Part shown: positions 1 to 7,244 of the stretch, piece after piece | Layout of the letters: every line of letters starts with the position of its first letter | Numbering within the stretch: position 1 is the stretch's first letter | Virus record (IMG/VR): IMGVR_UViG_3300037045_000162 | Span: 1-41,635 of that record | DNA from: a virus | Lineage: Duplodnaviria > Caudoviricetes | Reading direction: 5' to 3' (one strand) | Length of the DNA: 41,635 nt | Program-made: the position numbers and the translations under genes | The notes under the pieces: model-generated | Database searches by the model: none | Seen by the model: only the letters and a program-made list of their open reading frames with translations | Told to the model about the DNA's origin: nothing

Positions 1-200
1 ATCATGACGAGGTAGGCCATCATCTGGTTGGGGCCGATGAAACTGCGCAGGGCGGCGATCATTTCGGACACGGCGGCTGAGGTGGGGGTTCGGCTTTGGC
101 CGGTGACCAGTTCGGTGTAGATGCGCTCGGTTTCGGTGTCCCAGTGCCAGGTGTCTTCAAAGGCGGTCATTTGGGCCTGGGATTCTGCGCCGGTTTCTTC
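1..200. repeat. Terminal direct repeat, left copy (matches 41436-41635)
   Basis: 200-nt match with mismatches at positions 6, 9, 42 and 73; positions 74-200 (127 nt) are identical. Confidence 0.95.
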
Positions 201-329
201 CTTGAAGAGGACATTGTAGGAGCGGTTGGAGTTGAAAGGCGGGTCCAGGTAGATGAGATCCACCGATTCATCGCGGATGTAGTCGCGCAGGATGGTGAGG
301 TTGTCGCCGTAGTAGAGGGTGTTGGTCAT
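1..329 (-). CDS. N-terminal part of a DNA (N6-adenine/N4-cytosine) methyltransferase-Mrr fusion; continues at the other end of the window
   Basis: Reads MTNTLYYGDNLTILRDYIRDESVDLIYLDPPFNSNRSYNVLFKEETG..., with DPPF catalytic motif IV. It joins in frame with 41635..40115 through the terminal overlap to give about 549 aa. Confidence 0.9.
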   Translation of the reverse strand, partial: MTNTLYYGDNLTILRDYIRDESVDLIYLDPPFNSNRSYNVLFKEETGAESQAQMTAFEDTWHWDTETERIYTELVTGQSRTPTSAAVSEMIAALRSFIGPNQMMAYLVM

Positions 330-354
330 GGGCGTGCTTTCTTTGGCAGGTGGT

Positions 355-486
355 TTATTTGGACTTCTTCGTTTTGTTTGTCTCTGTTACCGTTGTCTTG
401 GGGTGCTTTTTTGCATGGTCTTCAGTGATGTATTGTCCAGTTATGGCGCTGCGGTGTTTCTTTTGGGCAGGTGTTTTTTTTGACAT
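355..486 (-). CDS. 43-aa small basic protein (RSAITGQYIT...KHPKTTVTE type)
   Basis: Below the ORF-track cutoff: MSKKTPAQKKHRSAITGQYITEDHAKKHPKTTVTETNKTKKSK. GGAG RBS upstream; fits between the flanking genes. Confidence 0.75.
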   Translation of the reverse strand: MSKKTPAQKKHRSAITGQYITEDHAKKHPKTTVTETNKTKKSK

Positions 487-514
487 GGGTTTCTCCGGTT
501 ATCTAATATGGGAT

Positions 515-1261
515 TTACTTCAGCCACACGCTTACCCCGCCATGACCTGAACAGGTGCCGCTTCTGGTTTGGGAATAACTATATGTTCCATCTTTGCATA
601 GTGCAGTAGCATTGGCCGGGTGACTTGTGGTTGGTTGTATAACCGGTTGAGGTTGCACCGGCGCAACAATTGGGGCAATGGTGTTGGTGGGGGTATGTGT
701 GAATGTTGGGCTTGGCTGCGGCGTTTCCGTTGGTACTTGGGTCTCGGTTGGTATTTGTGTCTCGGTTGGTAGTTGGGTGGCGGTTGGGGCCAGGTCGGTC
801 AATTCGATGATGCGCTTATTGATTGCGGCTTCCATCGTCATGGTCGCATATAGCTGGTTGACTGCCTGGTCAATGCCCATCGCAGTAGGTTCTGGCTTGA
901 TCCAGTTGGATATGGATGATACGAAGCCGAAGATCAAAGAGATCATGACCGTAAGCGCTGTGAAGGCAATCCCGATCAAGGCGACAATTCCGCAGGTTTT
1001 TTTGTTGGCAGGGTTTCTAGTGGGGCTTGCGGCAAATTGCGCCGGTTGTAGTTGATTTGTTTTCTTGCTTTCTTGTGTGGTACCCGCCTGGGTAGTATAG
1101 GACAGGCCGGTGCCTGGCAGGGAGACGGTGGTGCGTTTGCCACGGGGGCCGATGCCGACCCGGTAACCGGGGACGCCAACGCTGGCCCCAATGCCGGATT
1201 TGCTCAGGTTGATACGTAAGATTTTACCGACCCGGATAGATTTTCGAAACCGAAACCCCAT
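515..1261 (-). CDS. Membrane-anchored DUF4236 / DUF3761 domain protein
   Basis: N-terminal MGFRFRKS...RINLSKSG...LPGTGLSY (DUF4236), one TM helix, a PTET-repeat linker, and C-terminal ATALCKDGTYSYS...GTCSGHGGV (DUF3761). Confidence 0.85.
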   Translation of the reverse strand: MGFRFRKSIRVGKILRINLSKSGIGASVGVPGYRVGIGPRGKRTTVSLPGTGLSYTTQAGTTQESKKTNQLQPAQFAASPTRNPANKKTCGIVALIGIAFTALTVMISLIFGFVSSISNWIKPEPTAMGIDQAVNQLYATMTMEAAINKRIIELTDLAPTATQLPTETQIPTETQVPTETPQPSPTFTHTPTNTIAPIVAPVQPQPVIQPTTSHPANATALCKDGTYSYSQTRSGTCSGHGGVSVWLK

Positions 1262-1326
1262 GAGACTCCCCTGTTGCTGTGGTGTGTTGAATGATCATTT
1301 CCGATCATGTGGGAAGAGGCCATCAC

Positions 1327-1363
1327 CAATATTATACAAAATGCCAGGCATCAAAGTGGTTTA
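1327..1363 (-). promoter_or_regulatory. 37-bp promoter-like element, copy 1 (copy 2 at 37469-37505)
   Basis: 34/37 identity between copies; TATAAT on the minus strand; contains the palindrome ATGCC-A-GGCAT. Confidence 0.6.
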
Positions 1364-1477
1364 TTTTTTTTCGGTTTTCTGCCGGACTTTTTGTTTCTTT
1401 GCACCCATGCGGCTCACGCGCGAAAAAAAGAAAAATTTTTCAATCGGGTGGTTAAGGTTGGGCCACTTTTACCCTTG

Positions 1478-1500
1478 CCCGGCTTAGGCCGGGTTTTTTT
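1478..1500 (+). terminator. Intrinsic terminator-like hairpin
   Basis: CCCGGC-TTAG-GCCGGG followed by T7 on the + strand. Confidence 0.55.
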
Positions 1501-1515
1501 GATTCGTGCCAACTA

Positions 1516-1917
1516 TCAAAGACTGTATTCCTTAAATCGAATGACGCCATTTTGGGCAAGCGGGGCTATGTGCTTTGTATTGTTGGAAACAAGGATCAAG
1601 TTGTTTTGAGCGGCGGTTGCTGCTATGATGGCATCCATGAGGGGAATACCATATTTTGCTTTTAACTGGCCTGCTTTTCGTGCGATTGTATCTGTGAAAG
1701 GATAGCAATCAAAGCTTTGCAGCATGTTTTTTGTATCCTTTTCCATTGCTGTGTCCTTGATCCCTGCCCAAAGTTCAGAAATCGTTAAAACAGAATAGCC
1801 AACAGTGGCCTGTGATCGCAGGGCGTCAGTGATTATCTCTTTGGCAACATCATGCTTTCGCCAAAAATGGATAAACACACAAGTATCAAGAAGGTAATCA
1901 CGATTGTTGAGGAGCAT
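1516..1917 (-). CDS. vapC: PIN-domain (VapC-like) ribonuclease toxin
   Basis: LLDTCVFI, SVLTISELWAG, DAIIAATA and LVSNNTKH motifs; start chosen at MLLNNRDY, overlapping the upstream gene. Confidence 0.88.
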   Translation of the reverse strand: MLLNNRDYLLDTCVFIHFWRKHDVAKEIITDALRSQATVGYSVLTISELWAGIKDTAMEKDTKNMLQSFDCYPFTDTIARKAGQLKAKYGIPLMDAIIAATAAQNNLILVSNNTKHIAPLAQNGVIRFKEYSL

Positions 1918-2284
1918 ACAAGTCAGCAAGCCGGTCTGATTCTTCCTGGCGCATTTGGTCAACCCAATCGTCTGGAATATCTTCTCTATCAACCCATGAC
2001 CCAAATGAAGCCATTACAGCATCGTAAACTTGCTGTTTTGACATAAACCCGACTTGCGGGTCTTTCAGAAATGGTTTGTCAGGTATCATGTTCAACTCAC
2101 TACTTGTACTTGAGGAGGCAACTACAAAAAACTTACTTTCTGAATTCAGTATAGCAGAAAATATTTTTTCGTAGGAGCCAATTTCCGCCACCATGTCTTT
2201 GATCATTCGTGCCGTTGATGAACTCGTGCTTTGTCGCGGGATGGTGTCTACCCCGCCTGAAGTAAGTGCTATTGATAGGGTCAT
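1898..2284 (-). CDS. Putative antitoxin with a long N-terminal extension
   Basis: Lies immediately upstream of and overlaps the PIN gene; C-terminus SFGSWVDREDIPDDWVDQMRQE resembles VapB-type toxin-binding tails; ATGA-coupled to DUF3467. Confidence 0.65.
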   Translation of the reverse strand: MTLSIALTSGGVDTIPRQSTSSSTARMIKDMVAEIGSYEKIFSAILNSESKFFVVASSSTSSELNMIPDKPFLKDPQVGFMSKQQVYDAVMASFGSWVDREDIPDDWVDQMRQEESDRLADLYAPQQS

Positions 2285-2667
2285 TCTTCTTCGGTTTCCG
2301 TATCTTCTTCTAATTCGGGAGTTTCTGGCCAAATTGTGATCTTGTCATACTCTTCCTTCCTGCGAAGATTGGGAAGTGTTGTGCCAGTCGCATCTTCATA
2401 TGCTGCCACAACGTTGGCTAGAGCAGATGCCAATCCTTTGCCGATGCTAAGGGGCAAAATCACTCTTTGGGTGTGGGATGCCATTCTTTCTCCATCGTGC
2501 CGGATAGATTCTTCAAGCGTGTAAAAATCAATCACCATTTCATTGGCTGATACAGTGATCTGTGCATGATTTGAATAGGTTGATTTAATCTCGACATCGC
2601 TCTTGATTTTTTTGATCAAATCCTGGGGAGATAGATTCTCTCGTGCTGTGCTTTTTTTTGTGGCCAT
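2281..2667 (-). CDS. DUF3467-like protein
   Basis: YSNHAQITVSANEMVIDF...RVILPLSIGKGLASALANVVAAYE pattern. Confidence 0.7.
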   Translation of the reverse strand: MATKKSTARENLSPQDLIKKIKSDVEIKSTYSNHAQITVSANEMVIDFYTLEESIRHDGERMASHTQRVILPLSIGKGLASALANVVAAYEDATGTTLPNLRRKEEYDKITIWPETPELEEDTETEEE

Positions 2668-2722
2668 AGGGTTACCTTTTCTGCTTTCGGCTTTTTGCCT
2701 GCATTTTTGCCGGTTTTGACTA

Positions 2723-2751
2723 TTGATATTTTAGAACGTTTGTACTAAACT
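2723..2751 (+). promoter_or_regulatory. Sigma70-type promoter with a LexA-type box in the spacer
   Basis: TTGATA-17nt-TAAACT; AGAAC-GTTT-GTACT at 2733-2746. Confidence 0.65.
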
Positions 2752-2814
2752 AGAGTAGCCGGTTTTTTTATGCGCGGGAGGCTGGATGCGGTTTAACATG
2801 ACTGCTACGGATCG

Positions 2815-3240
2815 TTATGATGGGTCGTCTTCGACGTCGGTGATGTTGATGTCGATGCCGAATTTGTCGAAGACTTCGCGGGCGACGGCGAGGGCACGGG
2901 TGCCGTCGGGGTCGGTTTCGGGGGTGATGTCTTCCCGGTGGTATCTGGCGTTGATTTCGGATGTGGCGGCTTCGAGGCGCTCGCGGAAGGGGGCGGGCAG
3001 TTGATCGAAGGGGGTTTCGGATCCAGGGCTTGGGAAACCAAGAATTTCATAAACTTCCGGGTATTGTTCCCCCAACTTGATTAAGGATTTTCTACCAGGT
3101 TTTTTCTTTCCCGATAACCATTCGCTCATTAATGCCTGAGAAGTCCCAATCTCACGCGCAAAAGCCGTGACGGACTTGCCTGAAATGGCGTCCCCTCGCC
3201 ATTCTATATATTTTTTCGTGAGCCAATCAGAGAATTCCAT
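2815..3240 (-). CDS. Phage repressor, XRE-type HTH without a peptidase S24 domain
   Basis: SVTAFAREIGTSQALMSEWLSGKKKPG HTH; divergent from cro-like genes; TATAAT 7 nt upstream of the ATG suggests a leaderless mRNA. Confidence 0.85.
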   Translation of the reverse strand: MEFSDWLTKKYIEWRGDAISGKSVTAFAREIGTSQALMSEWLSGKKKPGRKSLIKLGEQYPEVYEILGFPSPGSETPFDQLPAPFRERLEAATSEINARYHREDITPETDPDGTRALAVAREVFDKFGIDINITDVEDDPS

Positions 3241-3345
3241 ATTGTCAATTATAGCGATAATGCCAACTGTGTATATCTAGTAGTTGACAACTCATAGTAT
3301 TTGTTGTACACTATCGCTAAAGCTATTGGTAATAACGAGGGCGAT
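3241..3345. promoter_or_regulatory. Lysis-lysogeny switch with divergent promoters and candidate operators
   Basis: Rightward TTGACA(3284-3289)-17-TACACT(3307-3312); leftward -10 TATAAT at 3248-3253; inverted motif TAGCGATA (3252-3259) / TATCGCTA (3312-3319) overlaps each -10. Confidence 0.75.
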
Positions 3346-3537
3346 ATGACAACAAAAGGTGTGCAGGTCAGGTTTACGAATGACGAATTGAATATGCTGG
3401 ATACGATGGCGCAGGAGTCCACCCGGAATCGGAGTGATATGCTGCGCCATTTGATCAAGCAGGCCTGGAAGATCAGGCTCGAAGATTGTGATCCACAGCC
3501 GGCCGTTGTGCCGATGGTGGAGACCTTCCGCCAGTAA
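3346..3537 (+). CDS. Ribbon-helix-helix (CopG-like) regulator in the cro position
   Basis: VQVRFTNDELNMLDTMAQESTRNRSDMLRHLI; GAGGG RBS. Confidence 0.8.
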   Translation: MTTKGVQVRFTNDELNMLDTMAQESTRNRSDMLRHLIKQAWKIRLEDCDPQPAVVPMVETFRQ

Positions 3538-3571
3538 GACCGTTTCCGAGAAACGGCCTGGCGGTTTTTTT
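3528..3571 (+). terminator. Intrinsic terminator after the cro-like gene
   Basis: CCGCCAG...CCGTTTC-CGA-GAAACGG..CTGGCGG followed by T7. Confidence 0.7.
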
Positions 3572-3590
3572 ATTGCGGGAGGGGAGCCCC

Positions 3591-3821
3591 ATGAGCATAT
3601 TCGAGAATGAAGAAGCAATCGAAGTTGTGATCGTCCTGCCGGCCAGGGTGAAGGAAGAGCTGGACCTGATGGCCTGGGCGAGCGGGCGCAAGCGCAGTGA
3701 TGTGCTGAGCGAGCTGGTGGAAGAGGGCGGCCGGGGTCTGCCTGGCAGCCGGGGTGCAATGGCAGCAACAGACAAACAGCCCAGGCTGCGGCAGCTTTCT
3801 TTGTTGGATGGTGCGGCATGA
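3591..3821 (+). CDS. Second ribbon-helix-helix protein
   Basis: VVIVLPARVKEELDLMAWASGRKRSDVLSELV; GGAG RBS. Confidence 0.7.
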   Translation: MSIFENEEAIEVVIVLPARVKEELDLMAWASGRKRSDVLSELVEEGGRGLPGSRGAMAATDKQPRLRQLSLLDGAA

Positions 3822-3934
3822 CGATCAATGATGTTCTCCTGCTCTTGTTGGTGTTGATCGGTGGGGGCTGGGCGCTGTGGCGCAGCCAGGTGGATATTGC
3901 TGATTATCAGCGTAGCACGAAAGACGGGGAGTGA
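3818..3934 (+). CDS. 38-aa single-TM protein
   Basis: MTINDVLLLLLVLIGGGWALWRSQ...; ATGA overlap with the previous gene. Confidence 0.55.
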   Translation: MTINDVLLLLLVLIGGGWALWRSQVDIADYQRSTKDGE

Positions 3935-3947
3935 AGCATATTTACCT

Positions 3948-3992
3948 ACCCCCTCCTAGCCTCCCCCGAATTGCTGCGCAATTCAAGGGAGG
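3948..3992. repeat. 45-bp REP-like palindromic repeat, copy 1
   Basis: ACCCCCTCCTAGCCTCCCCCGAATTGCTGCGCAATTCAAGGGAGG; identical at 5527-5571 and 5896-5940. Confidence 0.95.
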
Positions 3993-4045
3993 AATATGGA
4001 GGAATGTGGAGAAGGGGATTTGGTGAACGAAGGCGAGGCGATGAG

Positions 4046-4387
4046 ATGGATATTCTGATGATGGCATTACTGAGCGGGGTGGCGCAGGTGGCGGCGCATT
4101 ATATTCCGTGGCGGCGGCTGCTGGGGCGGCAACTGCGGCGGGCGGAGGCGTATGTGGTGGGGGTGGTGCTGATGCTGGCGCCGTTCAGCGCCTGGCTGGG
4201 TTTGCTGGGGTTGTGGCGGGTGCTGCTGGGGCTGTGGATTGTGGTGGCGGCGTGCGGGGTGGTGGTGATCGGGGCGTATGTGCTGGATCATTACCTGGAG
4301 ACGGTGCAGCGGCTGCAGGCGGACGTTGCGGAGAATCGTAACCTGCGAGGGATGGCTTTTGATGACGAGAATGACGAGCGCGGCTGA
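4046..4387 (+). CDS. Hypothetical membrane protein
   Basis: Three hydrophobic segments; RBS GAGG. Confidence 0.65.
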   Translation: MDILMMALLSGVAQVAAHYIPWRRLLGRQLRRAEAYVVGVVLMLAPFSAWLGLLGLWRVLLGLWIVVAACGVVVIGAYVLDHYLETVQRLQADVAENRNLRGMAFDDENDERG

Positions 4388-4622
4388 GGCCCGGCGGGGG
4401 TCTTTCGAGAATGGGCTGGCGGCGATTGTGCATGCGCGCAAGCGTCTGGAGCTGGTGACGCTGCGGGTGGATCAGGCGGAGCAAGGCGGGTTGGGGTGCG
4501 CGGGGGTGCTTTCGCCGGCGGTGGATGATCTGCGGGTGGCGATGGAGAAGCTGCGGCTGGCTCAGCAGGAATTGGGGGATCTGTGGAAAGGGATCGATTG
4601 GGAGAAAGCTACCCCACCCTAA
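4362..4622 (+). CDS. Hypothetical coiled-coil protein
   Basis: Overlaps the previous gene; its stop codon is supplied by a degenerate REP-like copy. Confidence 0.55.
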   Translation: MTRMTSAAEARRGSFENGLAAIVHARKRLELVTLRVDQAEQGGLGCAGVLSPAVDDLRVAMEKLRLAQQELGDLWKGIDWEKATPP

Positions 4623-4653
4623 CCCTCCCCAAAATCTGCGATTTTAGGGAGGG
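4611..4653. repeat. Degenerate copy of the REP-like element
   Basis: ACCCCACCCTAACCCTCCCC-AAAATC-TGC-GATTTT-AGGGAGGG keeps the same stem architecture and TGC loop with a different inner stem sequence. Confidence 0.7.
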
Positions 4654-4727
4654 GATTTGGCAACAGCGATTTGAGGAGGGGATTTGGCAACAGCGAATTT
4701 GAGAAGGGGATTTGGCAACGGCGATTT
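4649..4727. repeat. Three tandem 27-28-bp repeats
   Basis: (G/A)AGGGGATTTGGCAAC(A/G)GCGA(A)TTT repeated three times, separated by GAG. Confidence 0.85.
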
Positions 4728-4745
4728 ATGAAAGGACGGTATCGG

Positions 4746-5246
4746 ATGGGATCGAAGCGGAACAGGCGGTTGGAGACGGCGAACAGGGTGCTGGCGGTGT
4801 TGCTGGCGTTGAGCCTGGCGGGCTGTGCGGCGCTGCCGGATGTGATGCAGGCTGCGCCGGCGGTGGTTTCGGATGCGGCGTCGGTGGGGGCGGCGGTGGG
4901 GGCAATGGAGACGGCGCGGGGAATCGGGATGGTGCTGCAGGAGGGGTCGGGGGCGTTCATCATGGCGCACGGGCAGGACTTCCTGCTGGCGTGGCCAAAG
5001 GGCAACGCGTGGGAGTTCGTGCTGGTGAATGCGAAGGGGCTGCCGATCAACGGGATCAAACTGGATGTGTACAGTTTCAGCGACCTGGTGAAGCAGCTTG
5101 AGGCGCTGGGCTGGGAGTATACGGCCCCGGCGGCGCTGCCGGCGGCGTTGAGCGAGCTGATCCTGCTGGGGACGAGCGCATTTCCGAGCATTTTTGTGCT
5201 GCCGGCGATCCTGCTGCCGACACCGATCCCGCAGGAGTTGACGTGA
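4746..5246 (+). CDS. Putative lipoprotein
   Basis: Basic N-region, hydrophobic H-region and lipobox LAG-C. Confidence 0.65.
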   Translation: MGSKRNRRLETANRVLAVLLALSLAGCAALPDVMQAAPAVVSDAASVGAAVGAMETARGIGMVLQEGSGAFIMAHGQDFLLAWPKGNAWEFVLVNAKGLPINGIKLDVYSFSDLVKQLEALGWEYTAPAALPAALSELILLGTSAFPSIFVLPAILLPTPIPQELT

Positions 5247-5527
5247 TGCAGGATGAGACGATCGGGATCCGGCGCATGGCGAAGATGCCGGTGTGGTTTC
5301 TGGTGGGGCTGCACCTGGTGCTGCGTAGGCGGAATGAGGTGGTGTGGTTTGAGGCTGAGAAGCTGCTGGCGGAGCTGGACGGGCTGCGGCAGGTGATCCC
5401 GGAAGGGCGGAACGCGGTGGAGCGGTGGGTGGTGGACAGTCTGCTGGACTGGGTGGTGTGTGAGAAGATCCGGGTTTTGCGGATGCGGGCCGCCGGGGTG
5501 CAGGTGATCGGGCGGCTGGAGGAGTAA
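5243..5527 (+). CDS. Hypothetical protein
   Basis: GTGA overlap and phage-like codon usage. Confidence 0.55.
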   Translation: MMQDETIGIRRMAKMPVWFLVGLHLVLRRRNEVVWFEAEKLLAELDGLRQVIPEGRNAVERWVVDSLLDWVVCEKIRVLRMRAAGVQVIGRLEE

Positions 5528-5571
5528 CCCCCTCCTAGCCTCCCCCGAATTGCTGCGCAATTCAAGGGAGG
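5527..5571. repeat. 45-bp REP-like repeat, copy 2
   Basis: Identical to 3948-3992. Confidence 0.95.
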
Positions 5572-5599
5572 GACGTGTGGATTGGGAGCAGGAAGAATA

Positions 5600-5785
5600 A
5601 TGGGCGTTGAGCTGGAATGTTCGTTCACGGTGGTGTATGTGCCTTATGAGGAGTTGAGCGAAGAGGCGCGCATGAGGCAGAAGATTGCATATCAGCGGCT
5701 GGCTGATCTGCTGATTGAACAACAGGCCAAGGAAAGAATAATGGGGAGCGCGCAGGATCAGGGTGCTCCACGGGCGTCGGAATGA
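5600..5785 (+). CDS. Hypothetical protein
   Basis: MGVELECSFTVVYVPYEEL...; AGGA RBS. Confidence 0.55.
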   Translation: MGVELECSFTVVYVPYEELSEEARMRQKIAYQRLADLLIEQQAKERIMGSAQDQGAPRASE

Positions 5786-5895
5786 CACGGTGTGAATCAG
5801 CGGGTTTTACTGCCGGGGCGGTCCTGGCGGGTTTTCCCCGTCCTCCGCACACTGAAGGGATGGTTCGAGGCCTCCCTGCCCGAATGACCTACCCC

Positions 5896-5940
5896 ACCCC
5901 CTCCTAGCCTCCCCCGAATTGCTGCGCAATTCAAGGGAGG
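5896..5940. repeat. 45-bp REP-like repeat, copy 3
   Basis: Identical to 3948-3992. Confidence 0.95.
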
Positions 5941-6254
5941 GACGTGGGGCGGGTGACAGCCGGGAGAGACCGGCGGCAAGGCCAGTGGTTATCTGGCCGG
6001 TTGGACCAGGCCCGGCCCGGTGGCCTGGATGGGGATCACGATTTTACTGGTTGGAATCAAATCCGGGCGGGTGGCGGTTGGCTGTGAAAGCTGCCGCAGT
6101 TAATGGTTAGCCCTGGCGGCCACGCGGCTGCCAGGGCGGTAACCACCCGGAGGGAGACCGGGTGGGGGTGGAGGAAGCGCCAGGGGAAGCGCTTCAATGA
6201 GAGTATAGCAAATTACGGGCGCGAGGTCGTTCAGAAAGTGTTTGGTTTTTAAGG

Positions 6255-7244
6255 ATGATCGATCTGCAAAATCTGGTGGTGGTGGATGTGCGGGAGGGCC
6301 GTTGGGATGAGGCTTACCGGCTGTGGCTGGACGGTTTGGGCAGTGCGCACACGCGGCGGGCGTATGACCTGGCGGTGCGGGAGTGTGTGCTGATGTGCGA
6401 GGCGCAGCCGTGGGAGATCGGACGGGCGGACGTGGCGGGGTGGGTGCAGGACTTGCGCGGGCGGGGCCTGGCGGATACGACGATCAGCCAGCGGCTGGCG
6501 GCGGTGAGTTCGTTCTTCCGGTTCACGTGCGAGGATTTCACCGAGGTGGACGGGGAAGGGGTGGAGCGGCCGCTGCACAACATCAACCCGGCGGCGGGGA
6601 AGAGCCTGCGGCCGAGGGTTTCACCGTATGGCAAGGCGGGGTATCTGGCGGCGGATCAGGCGCGGCGGCTGCTGGCGGGGATCCACAGAGACAGTTTGCA
6701 CGGTTTGCAGGATTTTGCGCTGTTCAGCGGGTATCTGTTCACGGCGCGGCGCAACACGGAATGGCGCACGGCCCAGGTTGAGCGGTTTGTGCAACTGGGA
6801 GAGCGGGTGCGGTACCGGTTTGACGGCAAGGGCAAGCGGGATCAGGTGGTGGATGTGGCGCCGCCGGTGTGGGAGGCGGTGCGGGCGTATCAGGAGGGGG
6901 CCGGGCAGGGGGCGGGGTATGTGTTCCGGGCGCTTTCGGCGCGGGCGCTGAATTTGCCGACGGTGGATGCGGCGAAGTGGGACAGGGAGCAGCCGATCTC
7001 GGCTTATGAGGTGGGGCGGCGGTTGAAGCGGTACGGGCGGCTGGCAGGGTTGCGTATAGACAATTTGCATGTGCATACGCTGCGGCACACGGCGGCCATG
7101 CTGCGGCGGGAGGCGGGGGACGATGTGCAGGAAATCAGCGAGTTTCTTGGCCACAGCAGCCTGGCGATCACGCAGATTTATTTGCAGGCGGTGGAGGGGC
7201 GGCAGGACACGAGCTGGGCGAAAATAGCGGATTTGTTGTTGTGA
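6255..7244 (+). CDS. XerC/D-like tyrosine recombinase
   Basis: SAM-like N-domain (TISQRLAAVSSFFRF); catalytic R (TARRNTE), K (GKGK), HTLRH, LGH and TQIY. Confidence 0.92.
   Translation: MIDLQNLVVVDVREGRWDEAYRLWLDGLGSAHTRRAYDLAVRECVLMCEAQPWEIGRADVAGWVQDLRGRGLADTTISQRLAAVSSFFRFTCEDFTEVDGEGVERPLHNINPAAGKSLRPRVSPYGKAGYLAADQARRLLAGIHRDSLHGLQDFALFSGYLFTARRNTEWRTAQVERFVQLGERVRYRFDGKGKRDQVVDVAPPVWEAVRAYQEGAGQGAGYVFRALSARALNLPTVDAAKWDREQPISAYEVGRRLKRYGRLAGLRIDNLHVHTLRHTAAMLRREAGDDVQEISEFLGHSSLAITQIYLQAVEGRQDTSWAKIADLLL

Noticed and set aside
5840-5885. tRNA gene suggested by GGTTCGA
   Set aside because: I could not build an acceptor stem, D arm and anticodon arm.
3948-5940. 45-bp repeats as a CRISPR array
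   Set aside because: The copies are separated by 325-1500 bp containing genes, and there are no cas genes.
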